Source of the DNA: Armatimonadota bacterium
GTDB taxonomy: Bacteria; Armatimonadota; Zipacnadia; Zipacnadales; UBA5352
Length of the DNA: 51,248 nucleotides
Assembly: GCA_034722055.1 (NCBI GenBank)
Contig: JAYENL010000288.1
Span: 7,242 to 58,489, forward strand
Direction of reading: 5' to 3'
Shown here: one piece after another, positions 42,476 to 51,173 of the stretch
Layout: each line of letters starts with the position of its first letter
Numbering within the stretch: the first letter of the stretch is position 1
Position numbers and translations under genes: made by a program
Notes under the pieces: generated by a model
Told to the model about the DNA's origin: nothing
Database searches by the model: none
Seen by the model: only the letters and a program-made list of their open reading frames with translations

Positions 42476-43413
42476 ATCGTCGCACGGATAGCGACGATCG
42501 TGGCATTAATGCTGGTATGCTGGATGGCGATCGCGCAGCAGGAGCAACTGGCGACCTTCGAGGAGATGCTCGAGCGCGTCAGAGTTCACGTCTACGCCTG
42601 GCGCGCGGAGGAGGCCGTCCAGGCCGCTGAGGCCCTGGTCGAGGCACACCCCGACAGAGCTGAGGCGTACTACCGGCGAGGGGCGGCCCGGCGGGCCACC
42701 GGCGATAATGAGGGGGGCGAGGCCGACTATCGCCGGGCCGTCGAGCTGGACCCGGCATGCTGTGGGGGCTCCGGTCGGGCTACGCCCTCCCTCCGCCCCC
42801 ACAGCGCCCGGGAGGCCGCAACCCTCTCACTCTAACTGGTCCGAAGAATGGGGGGCGGTCAGAGGCGTTGTTGTGCTGGGAGGAGTGCCTCCGCGTCGCC
42901 CCTGACCGCGCCGGCCCCCATCAGCGCCGGGCGAGTATGCTGTGGCGGGATCTCGACGATGCGGATGGCGCGCTGGCGGCCTGCGATGAGGCCATCGCCG
43001 CCGAGCCGGACTCGCCGCTCGGCTACGTGGAGAAGGCGGACATCCTCTGGCAAGCGCTCAGCCACCCCGAGCAGACAATCGCCGTCGCGACCGAGGGCCT
43101 GGAAGCGGCGGGAGAGAACTACGGCCTGCACATCCTGCGCGGCTACGCGCTGTCGGAGCTTGGTCGCCACGAGGAGGCGCTGGAGGACATGAATGCGGCG
43201 GTGAAGCTCACACCCCTTGGCGGCATCAGCTACTACCATCGCGCGACGGTGCTCTATGAACTTGGCCGCTATGAGGAGGCCTGGCGCGACGTGCACACCG
43301 CCGAGAGTGGGCTCTCACAGATTGGCTGGACCCCTTCACAGGGCTTCATCGACAAGCTCAGCGAGGCCATGCCGGAGCCCGAACGGGATGCCGATGACGG
43401 AGCCGGCGGATAG
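42476..43413 (+). pseudogene. Secreted TPR-repeat protein interrupted by an IS-end remnant
   Basis: 5' part (AEAYYRRG...DYRRAVELDP) and 3' part (EALLCWEECL...GRHEEALEDMNAAV...GRYEEAWRD) lie in different frames, separated by the 42758-42861 insert. Confidence 0.7.
42758..42861 (+). mobile_element. IS3-family right-end remnant, copy 2, with subterminal hairpin
   Basis: GCTGTGGGGG...CCCCCACAGC stem enclosing CTCCGGTCGGGCTACGCCCTCCCTCCG, then CTCACTCTAACTGGTCCGAAGAATGGGGGGCGGTCA; no transposase. Confidence 0.65.
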
Positions 43414-43492
43414 CGCCAGCCATGCCCCATTCCGCTCAGCCGTATGGAGATTCGCCCCGTCCGCGCGTCAGTACCGGTGAAGGGAGGCGGAC

Positions 43493-44725
43493 ATGCAGCA
43501 GAGGCCGGTCGCGGACATGGTGAGGCGGGCGCAGGGCGGTGACAATGAGGCGTTCGCCGACCTCGTGCGGCGATACCAGGACGCCGTCTTCGGCGCGGCG
43601 TATCAGCGGGTGCTGGATTTCGAGGCCGCCCGGGATATCGCGCAGGAGGCCTTCGTCAGGGGATACGAGCGGCTGGGGGACCTGCGCGACCCGGCGGCCT
43701 TTCCGGGGTGGCTGCTGCGCATCTGCCGGAACCTGGCGGCAAGCTGGCGGCGCAGCCCCGAGCGCGACGTCGAGCGCCTCGATGCGCATCGCCTCGCCGC
43801 CGAGGACCACGCCGAGCGCATCGCGACCCGCGATCTCGTATCACGCGCGCTGTCCGCCCTCCCGGAGGACAACCGGCTGGCGCTGACGCTCTTCCTGGTG
43901 GACGGGTACACCTACGCTGAGGTGGCCGACCTCACCGAGGTACCCGTGACCACCGTGAAGGGCCGGATCGAGCGCGGCAGGCGACAGCTTGAGGCGGAGG
44001 TGCTGGCGATGACCGAGGAGACCCTCAGGGGCGAGGGCCCCGACGAAGAGTTCACCCTCGATACGGTGCAGCACATCCTGGCGGACGCGCGTGACGCGGC
44101 CGATGCGCACAAGATGGCGCACGCGCTTGCCATCGCGGACGATGTCCTGGAGCGCCTGCCGGAACTCGATGCAGAGGACGAGGAGCGGCGCGAACTGGAG
44201 TTGGAGGCACTGGGCGTGGTCGGCCGCGCGACGTTCTTCCCTGACAGGGAGCGATGGACTACTACCCGCCGCAGACAGATACGAATCCTCGAGGAGTTGG
44301 GAGATCGCAAGCGACTGGCGATGTTCCTTCAAAACTTCGCCTATCAGGCGAAGGGGCTGACGAAGAGCGAGCGGGCGAGGATCAGCCGGGCGCCCGAGGA
44401 TCGCGAGAGCGACTCGCCCGAGGCCGAGTTGAACAAGATCTGGTGCGGCCAGTGGTACTGGTGGTTCGCGAGGGGCGTGGGGCCCGTCGCCTTCCGCCAC
44501 GAGGCCGAGAACGGCATCACAGAGCACGCTCTGCTGTCGCGCTTCGACTGCTCGGAACAGCGCGAGGAGTGGTTGCCGCTCGTGGAGGGGGCGCGCTGGG
44601 AGTATCAGCCCGCCGAGCCGCCGGAGGACATCGACGTGGACATCGTGGTGCAGCTCAGGCACATCGACGAGGATGGCACGGTCTATCTGCCGACCACCGT
44701 GGTGGCAAACCGGAGGGGGCAGTGA
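43493..44725 (+). CDS. ECF (sigma-24-like) sigma factor with long C-terminal extension
   Basis: AFADLVRRYQDAV, DIAQEAF, FPGWLLRICRN (region 2), GYTYAEVA...VKGRIERGR (region 4), then ~240 extra residues; GGAGG RBS. Confidence 0.88.
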   Translation: MQQRPVADMVRRAQGGDNEAFADLVRRYQDAVFGAAYQRVLDFEAARDIAQEAFVRGYERLGDLRDPAAFPGWLLRICRNLAASWRRSPERDVERLDAHRLAAEDHAERIATRDLVSRALSALPEDNRLALTLFLVDGYTYAEVADLTEVPVTTVKGRIERGRRQLEAEVLAMTEETLRGEGPDEEFTLDTVQHILADARDAADAHKMAHALAIADDVLERLPELDAEDEERRELELEALGVVGRATFFPDRERWTTTRRRQIRILEELGDRKRLAMFLQNFAYQAKGLTKSERARISRAPEDRESDSPEAELNKIWCGQWYWWFARGVGPVAFRHEAENGITEHALLSRFDCSEQREEWLPLVEGARWEYQPAEPPEDIDVDIVVQLRHIDEDGTVYLPTTVVANRRGQ

Positions 44726-44760
44726 CCGCGCATGGGGCCGGACGTGGAAGAGGGTCAATC

Positions 44761-46233
44761 ATGAGCAGAAGCACTTGGTCCTCGGGAGTCAGTGCGGCCG
44801 CGCGTCTGGTGCTGTGCGGTGCAGTGTCTCTCGCGCTCGGTGCGGGCGTTGGCGCGGCCCAGCCTGAGGGGGTCTTCACGGATCGAACCGCCGAACTGGG
44901 CCTGGAGCTGCACAACTCGGCGGCCTGCTGGGTTGACGTGGATAACGACGGGTGGACTGACCTGTGTGCCGGCGGCGTCATCTGGAGGAACAACGCCGGG
45001 CAGGGCTTCACTCGCCTCACGGACGGCGTCGGGACCGTAGTCGCGGCGGACTTCGACAACGACGGCTTCGTTGATCTGTTCTCATGGTCCTCGCTGCAGG
45101 CGTACCGCAACGACGGCGGGGCAGGCTTCACCCCGATCGCCATGCCCGAACTGCCGCCGTGCGTCTCACGTGGGGCCTGCTGGGCTGACCTCAACGGCGA
45201 CGGCTTCGTGGACCTCTACGTCGGCGGCTACGAGGACTGGAACGCCGGCATCACCTACCCGGATATGGTCCTGCTGAACGACGGCGGGGTGGGCTTCACC
45301 GTGGCCTGGACCGATGCTCGCTACCGCGCCCGCGGAGTGACGGCGTGCGACTTCGACGAAGACGGTGACGCCGACATCTACGTGTCGAACTACCGCCTGC
45401 AGCCGAATGTGCTCTGGCTCAACGACGGCTCAGGTGCGCTGGAGGATGTGGCCGCGGCCCGCAACGCCGTCGCCTCATCCGCCGGCTTTGACGGCGGCCA
45501 TTCCATAGGCGCCGCCTGGGGGGATTTCGACAATGACGGGCGCATGGATCTCTTCGCCGGCAACTTCGCCCACGTGGATCACCGCGGCGACCAGCCGAAG
45601 TCGCGCTTTCTGCGCAACCTCGGCGCCGGGGCCGGATACACCTTCGAGGACCGCGGCACGTGCGGCGTGTTCTACCAGGAGTCCTACGCCAGCCCCGCCG
45701 CGGGCGACTACGACAACGACGGCGACCTGGACCTGTTCTTCACCACCGTCTACGGCACCGCCTCGTTCGGGAGGAAGAACCACCCGGTCCTGTTCCGCAA
45801 CGATGGGGACTTCGTGTTCAGTGATGCAAGCGCAGCGGCGCAGGTGGCCGGACTGCCCCCGACCTACCAGGCCGCATGGTCAGACTTCGACAACGACGGG
45901 GACCTTGATCTGGCGACTGCCGGGAAGCTGTTCGTCAATGGCGGACGCGGGAACCACTGGCTCAAGGTGCGAGTCCAGGGCGATGGCGCCGCCCTCAACC
46001 GTTCCGCCATCGGGGCGCAGGTCCGGATCAGGCTGGAGGGCATGACGCTGACACGGCAGGTGGCGGCCGGCACCGGAGAGGGCAACCAGAACGACCTGGT
46101 CCTGCACTTCGGCCTCGGCACACATGGGACGCCGGTGAGCCTCGAGATCCTGTGGCCCGGCGGCACGATGCAGACCGTAGATAACGTCGAGGTCGATCGC
46201 CTGGTCACCGTGCGCTTCGGCGAGCAGCCGTGA
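44761..46233 (+). CDS. Secreted CRTAC1-like protein (FG-GAP/VCBS repeats plus ASPIC/UnbV domain)
   Basis: Repeated D(V/F/L/Y)DNDG..DL motifs; NHWLKV...NRSAIGAQV...LHFGLG...ILWPGG ASPIC/UnbV signature. Confidence 0.88.
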   Translation: MSRSTWSSGVSAAARLVLCGAVSLALGAGVGAAQPEGVFTDRTAELGLELHNSAACWVDVDNDGWTDLCAGGVIWRNNAGQGFTRLTDGVGTVVAADFDNDGFVDLFSWSSLQAYRNDGGAGFTPIAMPELPPCVSRGACWADLNGDGFVDLYVGGYEDWNAGITYPDMVLLNDGGVGFTVAWTDARYRARGVTACDFDEDGDADIYVSNYRLQPNVLWLNDGSGALEDVAAARNAVASSAGFDGGHSIGAAWGDFDNDGRMDLFAGNFAHVDHRGDQPKSRFLRNLGAGAGYTFEDRGTCGVFYQESYASPAAGDYDNDGDLDLFFTTVYGTASFGRKNHPVLFRNDGDFVFSDASAAAQVAGLPPTYQAAWSDFDNDGDLDLATAGKLFVNGGRGNHWLKVRVQGDGAALNRSAIGAQVRIRLEGMTLTRQVAAGTGEGNQNDLVLHFGLGTHGTPVSLEILWPGGTMQTVDNVEVDRLVTVRFGEQP

Positions 46234-46409
46234 TCTCCCCGGGGACCCAGTCGTCACCCGTCGCCACGGCGCCGGCATCTATCGGCACATCGGCGTGGCG
46301 GTCTGCCCGAGGTAGCGGACCGACGGCCACAACGCCCGCCACGGGAGCTCGGGCGGCCCTGCTGGAGCACGCCGCGCTGTCCGAAGTAGCTGCTGCTGCA
46401 GAGCCGTGG

Positions 46410-46802
46410 TCAGTCGATCACCGCAACCGCGTCCACCTCCACCATCCACTCCGGCCTCACCAGCGATGATACCTCGACCAGCGTCGCGGCCGGGTAGGGC
46501 GCGGGGATATACTCCGAGCGGACCTCCACGAACGCTGTATAGTCCGACATGTCGGTCAGGAAGGTGGTCATCTTGACGATGTCGGCCATGCTCCCGCCGG
46601 CCTCCTCCACGATCGCCTGGAGGTTGCGGAAGACCTGGCGCGCCTGGGCACGGAAGTCTTCCTCGCCCACGAGCTGACCATCCGCGTCCAGGGCGACCTG
46701 TCCGGCAATGTAGAGGGTGCGTCCGCCCTGGACCTCCACGCCCTGGGCGTACTCCGCAACCGGCTTCGGGACGGCGTGGGGCTGGATCTCTCGGCGCTTC
46801 AT
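46410..46802 (-). CDS. RidA/YjgF/UK114 family protein
   Basis: YAQGV, LYIAGQVA, QARQVFRNL, DIVKMTTF, PAATLVEV..L..PEWMVEVDA; GGAGG RBS. Confidence 0.92.
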   Translation of the reverse strand: MKRREIQPHAVPKPVAEYAQGVEVQGGRTLYIAGQVALDADGQLVGEEDFRAQARQVFRNLQAIVEEAGGSMADIVKMTTFLTDMSDYTAFVEVRSEYIPAPYPAATLVEVSSLVRPEWMVEVDAVAVID

Positions 46803-46894
46803 CGCAATCAACCTCCATGTGATAGTCAGTGCGGCATTCCCGCGACGTCCGCCAGTGACCCATCGCGCGGCAGCTTCAGGTCATGCTGGCGGCG

Positions 46895-47050
46895 TCACTC
46901 GACCTTCACCCGCTCGTCTCGCTGCTTCTTCCGGACATTCCCATCGCGCTTCTGGCGCCCGGGGATGCCCTCGCCGCAGCAGCAGTGATCGCAGTCCGCG
47001 CCCAGCCCGCACCACTTCCCGCGAGAGAGCTGGCGGACCGAGGAGGCCAT
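46895..47050 (-). CDS. 51-aa Cys-rich small protein
   Basis: GAGGAGGA 7 nt before ATG and an extended -10 just upstream; sequence MASSVRQLSRGKWCGLGADCDHCCCGEGIPGRQKRDGNVRKKQRDERVKVE. Confidence 0.55.
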   Translation of the reverse strand: MASSVRQLSRGKWCGLGADCDHCCCGEGIPGRQKRDGNVRKKQRDERVKVE

Positions 47051-47073
47051 GTGCGCATCCTCCTCACGCTGCA

Positions 47074-47082
47074 ATCTTACCA
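47074..47082 (-). promoter_or_regulatory. Extended -10 promoter TG-G-TAAGAT
   Basis: TGnTAnnnT match 8 nt upstream of the small ORF's RBS. Confidence 0.5.
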
Positions 47083-47200
47083 TATCCTCGCCCCCGGAGG
47101 GAGCAACGGCGGGTGGGCAAGGAGGCCCGCCCCCGCGTACGGCACGCAGGCGTCGCGGTCAGCTTCCAGCCTGGGGCCCGTGTGTGACTACTGGAGCCCG

Positions 47201-47226
47201 GCAGGGAGCGAGCGCGCGGCCGCGAA
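47201..47226 (+). promoter_or_regulatory. Putative sigmaH-like promoter GCAGG-N16-GCGAA
   Basis: Motif variant about 48 nt upstream of the SDR ATG. Confidence 0.4.
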
Positions 47227-47273
47227 ATGCCAGCCGGTCGTCCCGAGAAAACGTGACCGGGAGGGGACACGCC

Positions 47274-48029
47274 ATGGGCGTTCGCGAGATGTTCGAGCTG
47301 GATGGGAGGGTGGCGGCGGTAACCGGGGGCGCGCGAGGTATCGGCCGCGCCTGTGCCGACGCCTTCCAGGAGATGGGCGCGCGCATCGTGCTGCTGGATA
47401 TCCTGGAGGACCGGCTGGCGGACTCGGCCGAGGAGATGGGGGACGGGACCATCGGGATCGCCTGCGACATCACCGACAGGGAGGCGGTGAGCTCAGCCTT
47501 CGGGCAGATTCAGGACCACTTCGGGCGCCTGGATATCCTGCTCAACAGCGCCGGGGTGTGCATCTGGGCCGACGCCGAGGAGATGACCGAGCAAGAGTGG
47601 CACGACGTTGTGGATGTGAACCTCACGGGCATTTTCCTGACCTGCCAGGCGGCCGGTCGCCTGATGATCCCGAAGGGCGCCGGCTCGATCATCAACATCG
47701 CGTCCATGTCAGCGAGCATCGCCAACCGCCCGCAGCACCAGGTGGGGTACAACGCGTCCAAGGCCGGGGTGGTGCATCTCACCCGGAGCCTGGCCGTGGA
47801 GTGGGCGCCGCACAATGTGCGGGTGAACAGCATCAGCCCCGGCTACACGCTCAGCGAGCTGACCAGGCAGTTCCCGGAGCACTTCGACAACTGGACGCCG
47901 CACATCCCCATGGGGCGGATGGCGGAGCCGGAGGAGCTGGTGGGCGCGGCCGTGTACCTGGCCTCGGATGCCGCAAGCTACACCACCGGCCACGACCTGG
48001 TGATCGACGGCGGCTATACCTGCTGGTAG
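47274..48029 (+). CDS. Classical SDR oxidoreductase (sugar/polyol dehydrogenase-like)
   Basis: TGGARGIG, LLNSAG, INIASMS, YNASKAG, VNSISPG, DGGYTCW; GGAGG RBS. Confidence 0.92.
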   Translation: MGVREMFELDGRVAAVTGGARGIGRACADAFQEMGARIVLLDILEDRLADSAEEMGDGTIGIACDITDREAVSSAFGQIQDHFGRLDILLNSAGVCIWADAEEMTEQEWHDVVDVNLTGIFLTCQAAGRLMIPKGAGSIINIASMSASIANRPQHQVGYNASKAGVVHLTRSLAVEWAPHNVRVNSISPGYTLSELTRQFPEHFDNWTPHIPMGRMAEPEELVGAAVYLASDAASYTTGHDLVIDGGYTCW

Positions 48030-48062
48030 GCGCCGGGGCGATCCTGAGTCGGCCGGCGTGCA

Positions 48063-48090
48063 AGCGCCCCGCTGTGGTGAGCGGGGCGCT
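48063..48090. terminator. Probable bidirectional terminator hairpin
   Basis: AGCGCCCCGCT-N6-AGCGGGGCGCT perfect 11-bp stem between convergent genes; no U-tract. Confidence 0.5.
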
Positions 48091-48116
48091 GGTGGGTGCT
48101 TGCGGGCGGAACGACG

Positions 48117-48944
48117 CTACTGTTTTCGGCGGCGAGTGCGCAGCACGAGCGCGCCCAGGCCGGCGGCCATCAGGGCCAGGCTGGCGGGCTCGGGAATCCC
48201 ATATTTGACGTCGTCGAAGTATGCGTCGGCCGTCACCTCGGAACCGGTGGCGACGGCGCCCACGCCGCCATAGCCAGTGTTGTAGTAGCTGCTGATGCCG
48301 CCTGCGCTGCCTGGATTATCGCTGTCGAGTGTCCACTTGGCGGGCTCCGATTGGCCATCCACCCAAACGCGGCTCAGCAGTCGGGTGTCGGCGTCAGTTC
48401 CAGTTGCCATGAACCGGACCCAGACATCCTGGTAGGAGCCGCTGACCGTCACCGCGTCGGTGATGGCGGTGTAGGTGGTGTCGTTGAGCTGATACAGTTG
48501 AGCTGTGATCGCCCCCGCTGCGTTGTATGTAACTGACACGCCATATCCGGTGCCGAAGCCAAGTGACGGCGGGCTGTAGCGCAGCATGTAGAGCGCCGCC
48601 CAGTCATCGCTCTGCACCGGGGAGGTGTCAACCCACCCCTCGATGCCCTGGTCGCCCAGCGAATCAGATACATAGGCTCCGGACCAGCCGGCGCCCGCGT
48701 CCGAGTAATACGGAGCGGTATGGCGGAAGGCGTAGTCTCCCTCCCAGGTCGTCACCGAACGACTTGCGCCCGGACTGCCAAACGCAGTCCATGTGGGATT
48801 GCTGGTGTAGTCACCGTCCTCGAAGTCATCCTGCCACACCACGTCCTGCCAGGTGTCCGCATGAGCGGCAACCGCGCAGACCAGCACCCAGGCGAACACC
48901 AGGTAGGCGTACCGCCACCAACCGACGGAGCCGCGCAGCATCAT
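48117..48944 (-). CDS. PEP-CTERM sorting-domain surface protein
   Basis: Signal peptide ending AVAAHA; Ser/Thr/Gly/Tyr-rich beta domain; C-terminal IPEPASLALMAAGLGALVLRTRRRKQ. Confidence 0.92.
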   Translation of the reverse strand: MMLRGSVGWWRYAYLVFAWVLVCAVAAHADTWQDVVWQDDFEDGDYTSNPTWTAFGSPGASRSVTTWEGDYAFRHTAPYYSDAGAGWSGAYVSDSLGDQGIEGWVDTSPVQSDDWAALYMLRYSPPSLGFGTGYGVSVTYNAAGAITAQLYQLNDTTYTAITDAVTVSGSYQDVWVRFMATGTDADTRLLSRVWVDGQSEPAKWTLDSDNPGSAGGISSYYNTGYGGVGAVATGSEVTADAYFDDVKYGIPEPASLALMAAGLGALVLRTRRRKQ

Positions 48945-48986
48945 CTCTCCGCGCCTCCTACCGGTGCACCGTGTTCTGGCGCGAAC

Positions 48987-49015
48987 ATTCTACTCCAATT
49001 GGCCCTTCAAACCAA
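48987..49015 (-). promoter_or_regulatory. Sigma70-type promoter TTGGTT-N17-TAGAAT
   Basis: 17-nt spacer in an AT-rich patch 42 nt upstream of the PEP-CTERM start. Confidence 0.6.
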
Positions 49016-49101
49016 GGGAAATGGTTAGAACTGTCGAAGGAATCTCGGTGTGAGCCAGTGGCTCCGGAGGGGAACACTACTTGGAGCTTGAGAGCTGGCG
49101 C

Positions 49102-50526
49102 TCAGCTCTGTCGGAGCCGCCGGAGGATGTCCCAGTAGGCGCCGCGCGCGCCATCGGCGATTGCATCCACGAGCACCTGGTTGTCATCGTAGTCGTAGTC
49201 GGCATCATCGCCGCTGCCCCCGAAGAAGAAGCGCCGATCGCCCTCGATGACATCCGCGAGGAACGCTGCCGCCTCCTCCGGTGAGCCGAGCTCAGGCGAG
49301 AGGTAGAAGACCGGCTCAAGAAGGCTCTCGTTGTCGGCGGTGTGACCCCACAGGGCGGGGTTCTGATCCATGGGCCCCTGTCGGGCAATCAGCGCGGCCA
49401 TCCCGGTGCCCGGGTAGATGCGCACGCCCAGCGAGATGCCCACACAGGAGGGGTCGCAGGCCCTCGCCATGTCGATGCTTCTCCTGGCGCTCTCACGAGT
49501 CTCGCCCGGCCCGCCAACGAGCAGGTCGAGCATGACGGCGATGCCCTGGGCGCGGCAGGCCCTCACAGCCTTCGCGGTATCCTCAGGAGTGAAGTCGCGC
49601 CCCAGCCTCCGCAGCATCTCCTCGGTGCCGCTGTCGGCGCCGAAGTCGATGCCGCGGCACCCCGCGCGCCTCATGGCCGCCGCCAGGTCATTTGAGAAGG
49701 GCTTCGGAGCAAGGTAGCCGTACCACCGGATCCTGTCGCCGAGACCTCTGGCGATGAGCTCCTCGCACACCGCGCGGGCGTGCTCCTGGGGGATGTTGAA
49801 CTCGCTGTCGCAGATATGAAAGACGTCGCAGCCCCTGCCCAGGAGGTTCTCGACCTCATCGGCCACCGCCGCGGGCGAATGTTCCCGCAGGATGCGCCCC
49901 TTGCTCAGCGGGTCGGCGCAGTAGATGCACCGCCGGTCGCAGCCTCGCTTGGTCTCCAACCCGACCTGCCCGCCGTGGCGGAAGTAGCTCTCAATGTCGA
50001 TGCTGTCTCTCTGCAGCGGCACATCCTCGAGGGAAGGCCACGCTGGCGCGTTGGCGTGCATCTCACCGTCGGACCAGACGAGGCCCGGCACCTCTGAGGG
50101 AGGCCGCCTGCCACGCACCGCCTCCAGCAGCAGGGGCAGGGCACGCTCACCATCGCCCACGATCCCGTAGTCGGCTCCGACTGCTGTCAGCACGGCCTCA
50201 GGAGCCACAGAGAAGCCGGCACCGCCCAGCACGATGGGGGCGGATGTGGCCGAGCGGATCGTGCTGACGACCTCCTGGAGATCGGGAATGAAGGAGTGGG
50301 AGCTGAGCAGGTAGCAGTTGTCGGTGTTGCGGAGGCTGACGCCGACCAGCTCCGGCTCCGCCTGCAGGTGCTGACGGAGGGCTCGATGCGGATCCGGCTC
50401 AAAGCAGAGGTCAATGACTTCGACGTCAACGCCCTGCCGGCGACAGGCCTCCGCCAGGTTTTCTATCCCCAGCGGGGCCACGGCGGGCTTGATGACGTTG
50501 GCGTTGACGAGGGCGACCGCTGCCAC
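49102..50526 (-). CDS. Cobalamin-binding radical SAM methyltransferase, TsrM-like clade
   Basis: GGGGAGAG RBS before GTG 50526; B12 domain (GVSLRNTD, LGGAGFS, GDGE); TKRGCDRRCIYC; DSEFN; GGPGET; C-terminal DYDDN...GARGAYW. Confidence 0.88.
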   Translation of the reverse strand: MAAVALVNANVIKPAVAPLGIENLAEACRRQGVDVEVIDLCFEPDPHRALRQHLQAEPELVGVSLRNTDNCYLLSSHSFIPDLQEVVSTIRSATSAPIVLGGAGFSVAPEAVLTAVGADYGIVGDGERALPLLLEAVRGRRPPSEVPGLVWSDGEMHANAPAWPSLEDVPLQRDSIDIESYFRHGGQVGLETKRGCDRRCIYCADPLSKGRILREHSPAAVADEVENLLGRGCDVFHICDSEFNIPQEHARAVCEELIARGLGDRIRWYGYLAPKPFSNDLAAAMRRAGCRGIDFGADSGTEEMLRRLGRDFTPEDTAKAVRACRAQGIAVMLDLLVGGPGETRESARRSIDMARACDPSCVGISLGVRIYPGTGMAALIARQGPMDQNPALWGHTADNESLLEPVFYLSPELGSPEEAAAFLADVIEGDRRFFFGGSGDDADYDYDDNQVLVDAIADGARGAYWDILRRLRQS

Positions 50527-50560
50527 TGTAGCGTTTCTCTCCCCATTCGGACCTGACGCT

Positions 50561-50903
50561 GGCCAGTGTCGAGTGGCACAGGCCAGCGTGCTGCCCGGCC
50601 CCTCAGGCCGAGAGGGTGGAACGATCGTGTTGGGCCGGCCTCGCGCCTGTGGCGCTCGTGCGGCCCCTCCAACGGCGAGAGCAATCGCGCACAGGCGCCG
50701 ATACATGCAGGGGCCGGTGTCGAGTGGCACAGGCCAGCGTGCTGCCCGGCCCCTCAGGCCGAGAGGTGGAACGATCGTGTTGGGCCGGCCTCGCGCCTGT
50801 GGCGCTCGTGCGGCCCCTCCAACGACGAGAGCAATCGCGCGCAGGCGGCGACACATGCAGGGGCCGCACGAGGACGGGCCAAAGGTCCGGGCGAGGTCGG
50901 CCC
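50561..50903. repeat. Two near-identical ~151-bp tandem units of REP-like palindromes plus a partial inverted copy (BIME-like)
   Basis: Units start at 50566 and 50717; each contains minus-strand GGAGGGGCCGCACGAG...GCGAGGCCGGCCC; a plus-strand relative GCAGGGGCCGCACGAG...GCGAGGTCGGCCC lies at 50857-50903. Confidence 0.8.
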
Positions 50904-51173
50904 GCCCACGGCCGTTGGCCTGCGCCGCAGGCCGAGAGCAGCGCATAAACGCGATCTTGAGCCAGTCTTGCGCTCTTAGGGTCCGGTGGCCGCTCCATCA
51001 GAGTATTGCCCATCCTCACGACAACCTGCCTGGCGAGTAGCTTGGCCTCAACGTTCCGCGCATCCCGGTCGCGGTCCTTGGCGCGCGACGAGAACCGGGC
51101 GTCGCAGGGCACGCATTCTCACTTGGACGCCCCGCTGGTCTCGGAGGTCACCACGCTCAGCGGCGCGTCCGTG

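Noticed and set aside
42757..42861. Programmed frameshift joining the TPR halves
   Set aside because: The intervening sequence duplicates an IS-like end found 545 bp upstream, which explains the break better.
50561..50866. Possible CRISPR array
   Set aside because: Whole units are duplicated with no unique spacers, and there are no cas genes.
50527..50946. 140-aa N-terminal extension of the radical SAM ORF containing a repeated peptide
   Set aside because: It is the translation of the 151-bp DNA repeat; a good RBS and the B12 domain begin at GTG 50526.
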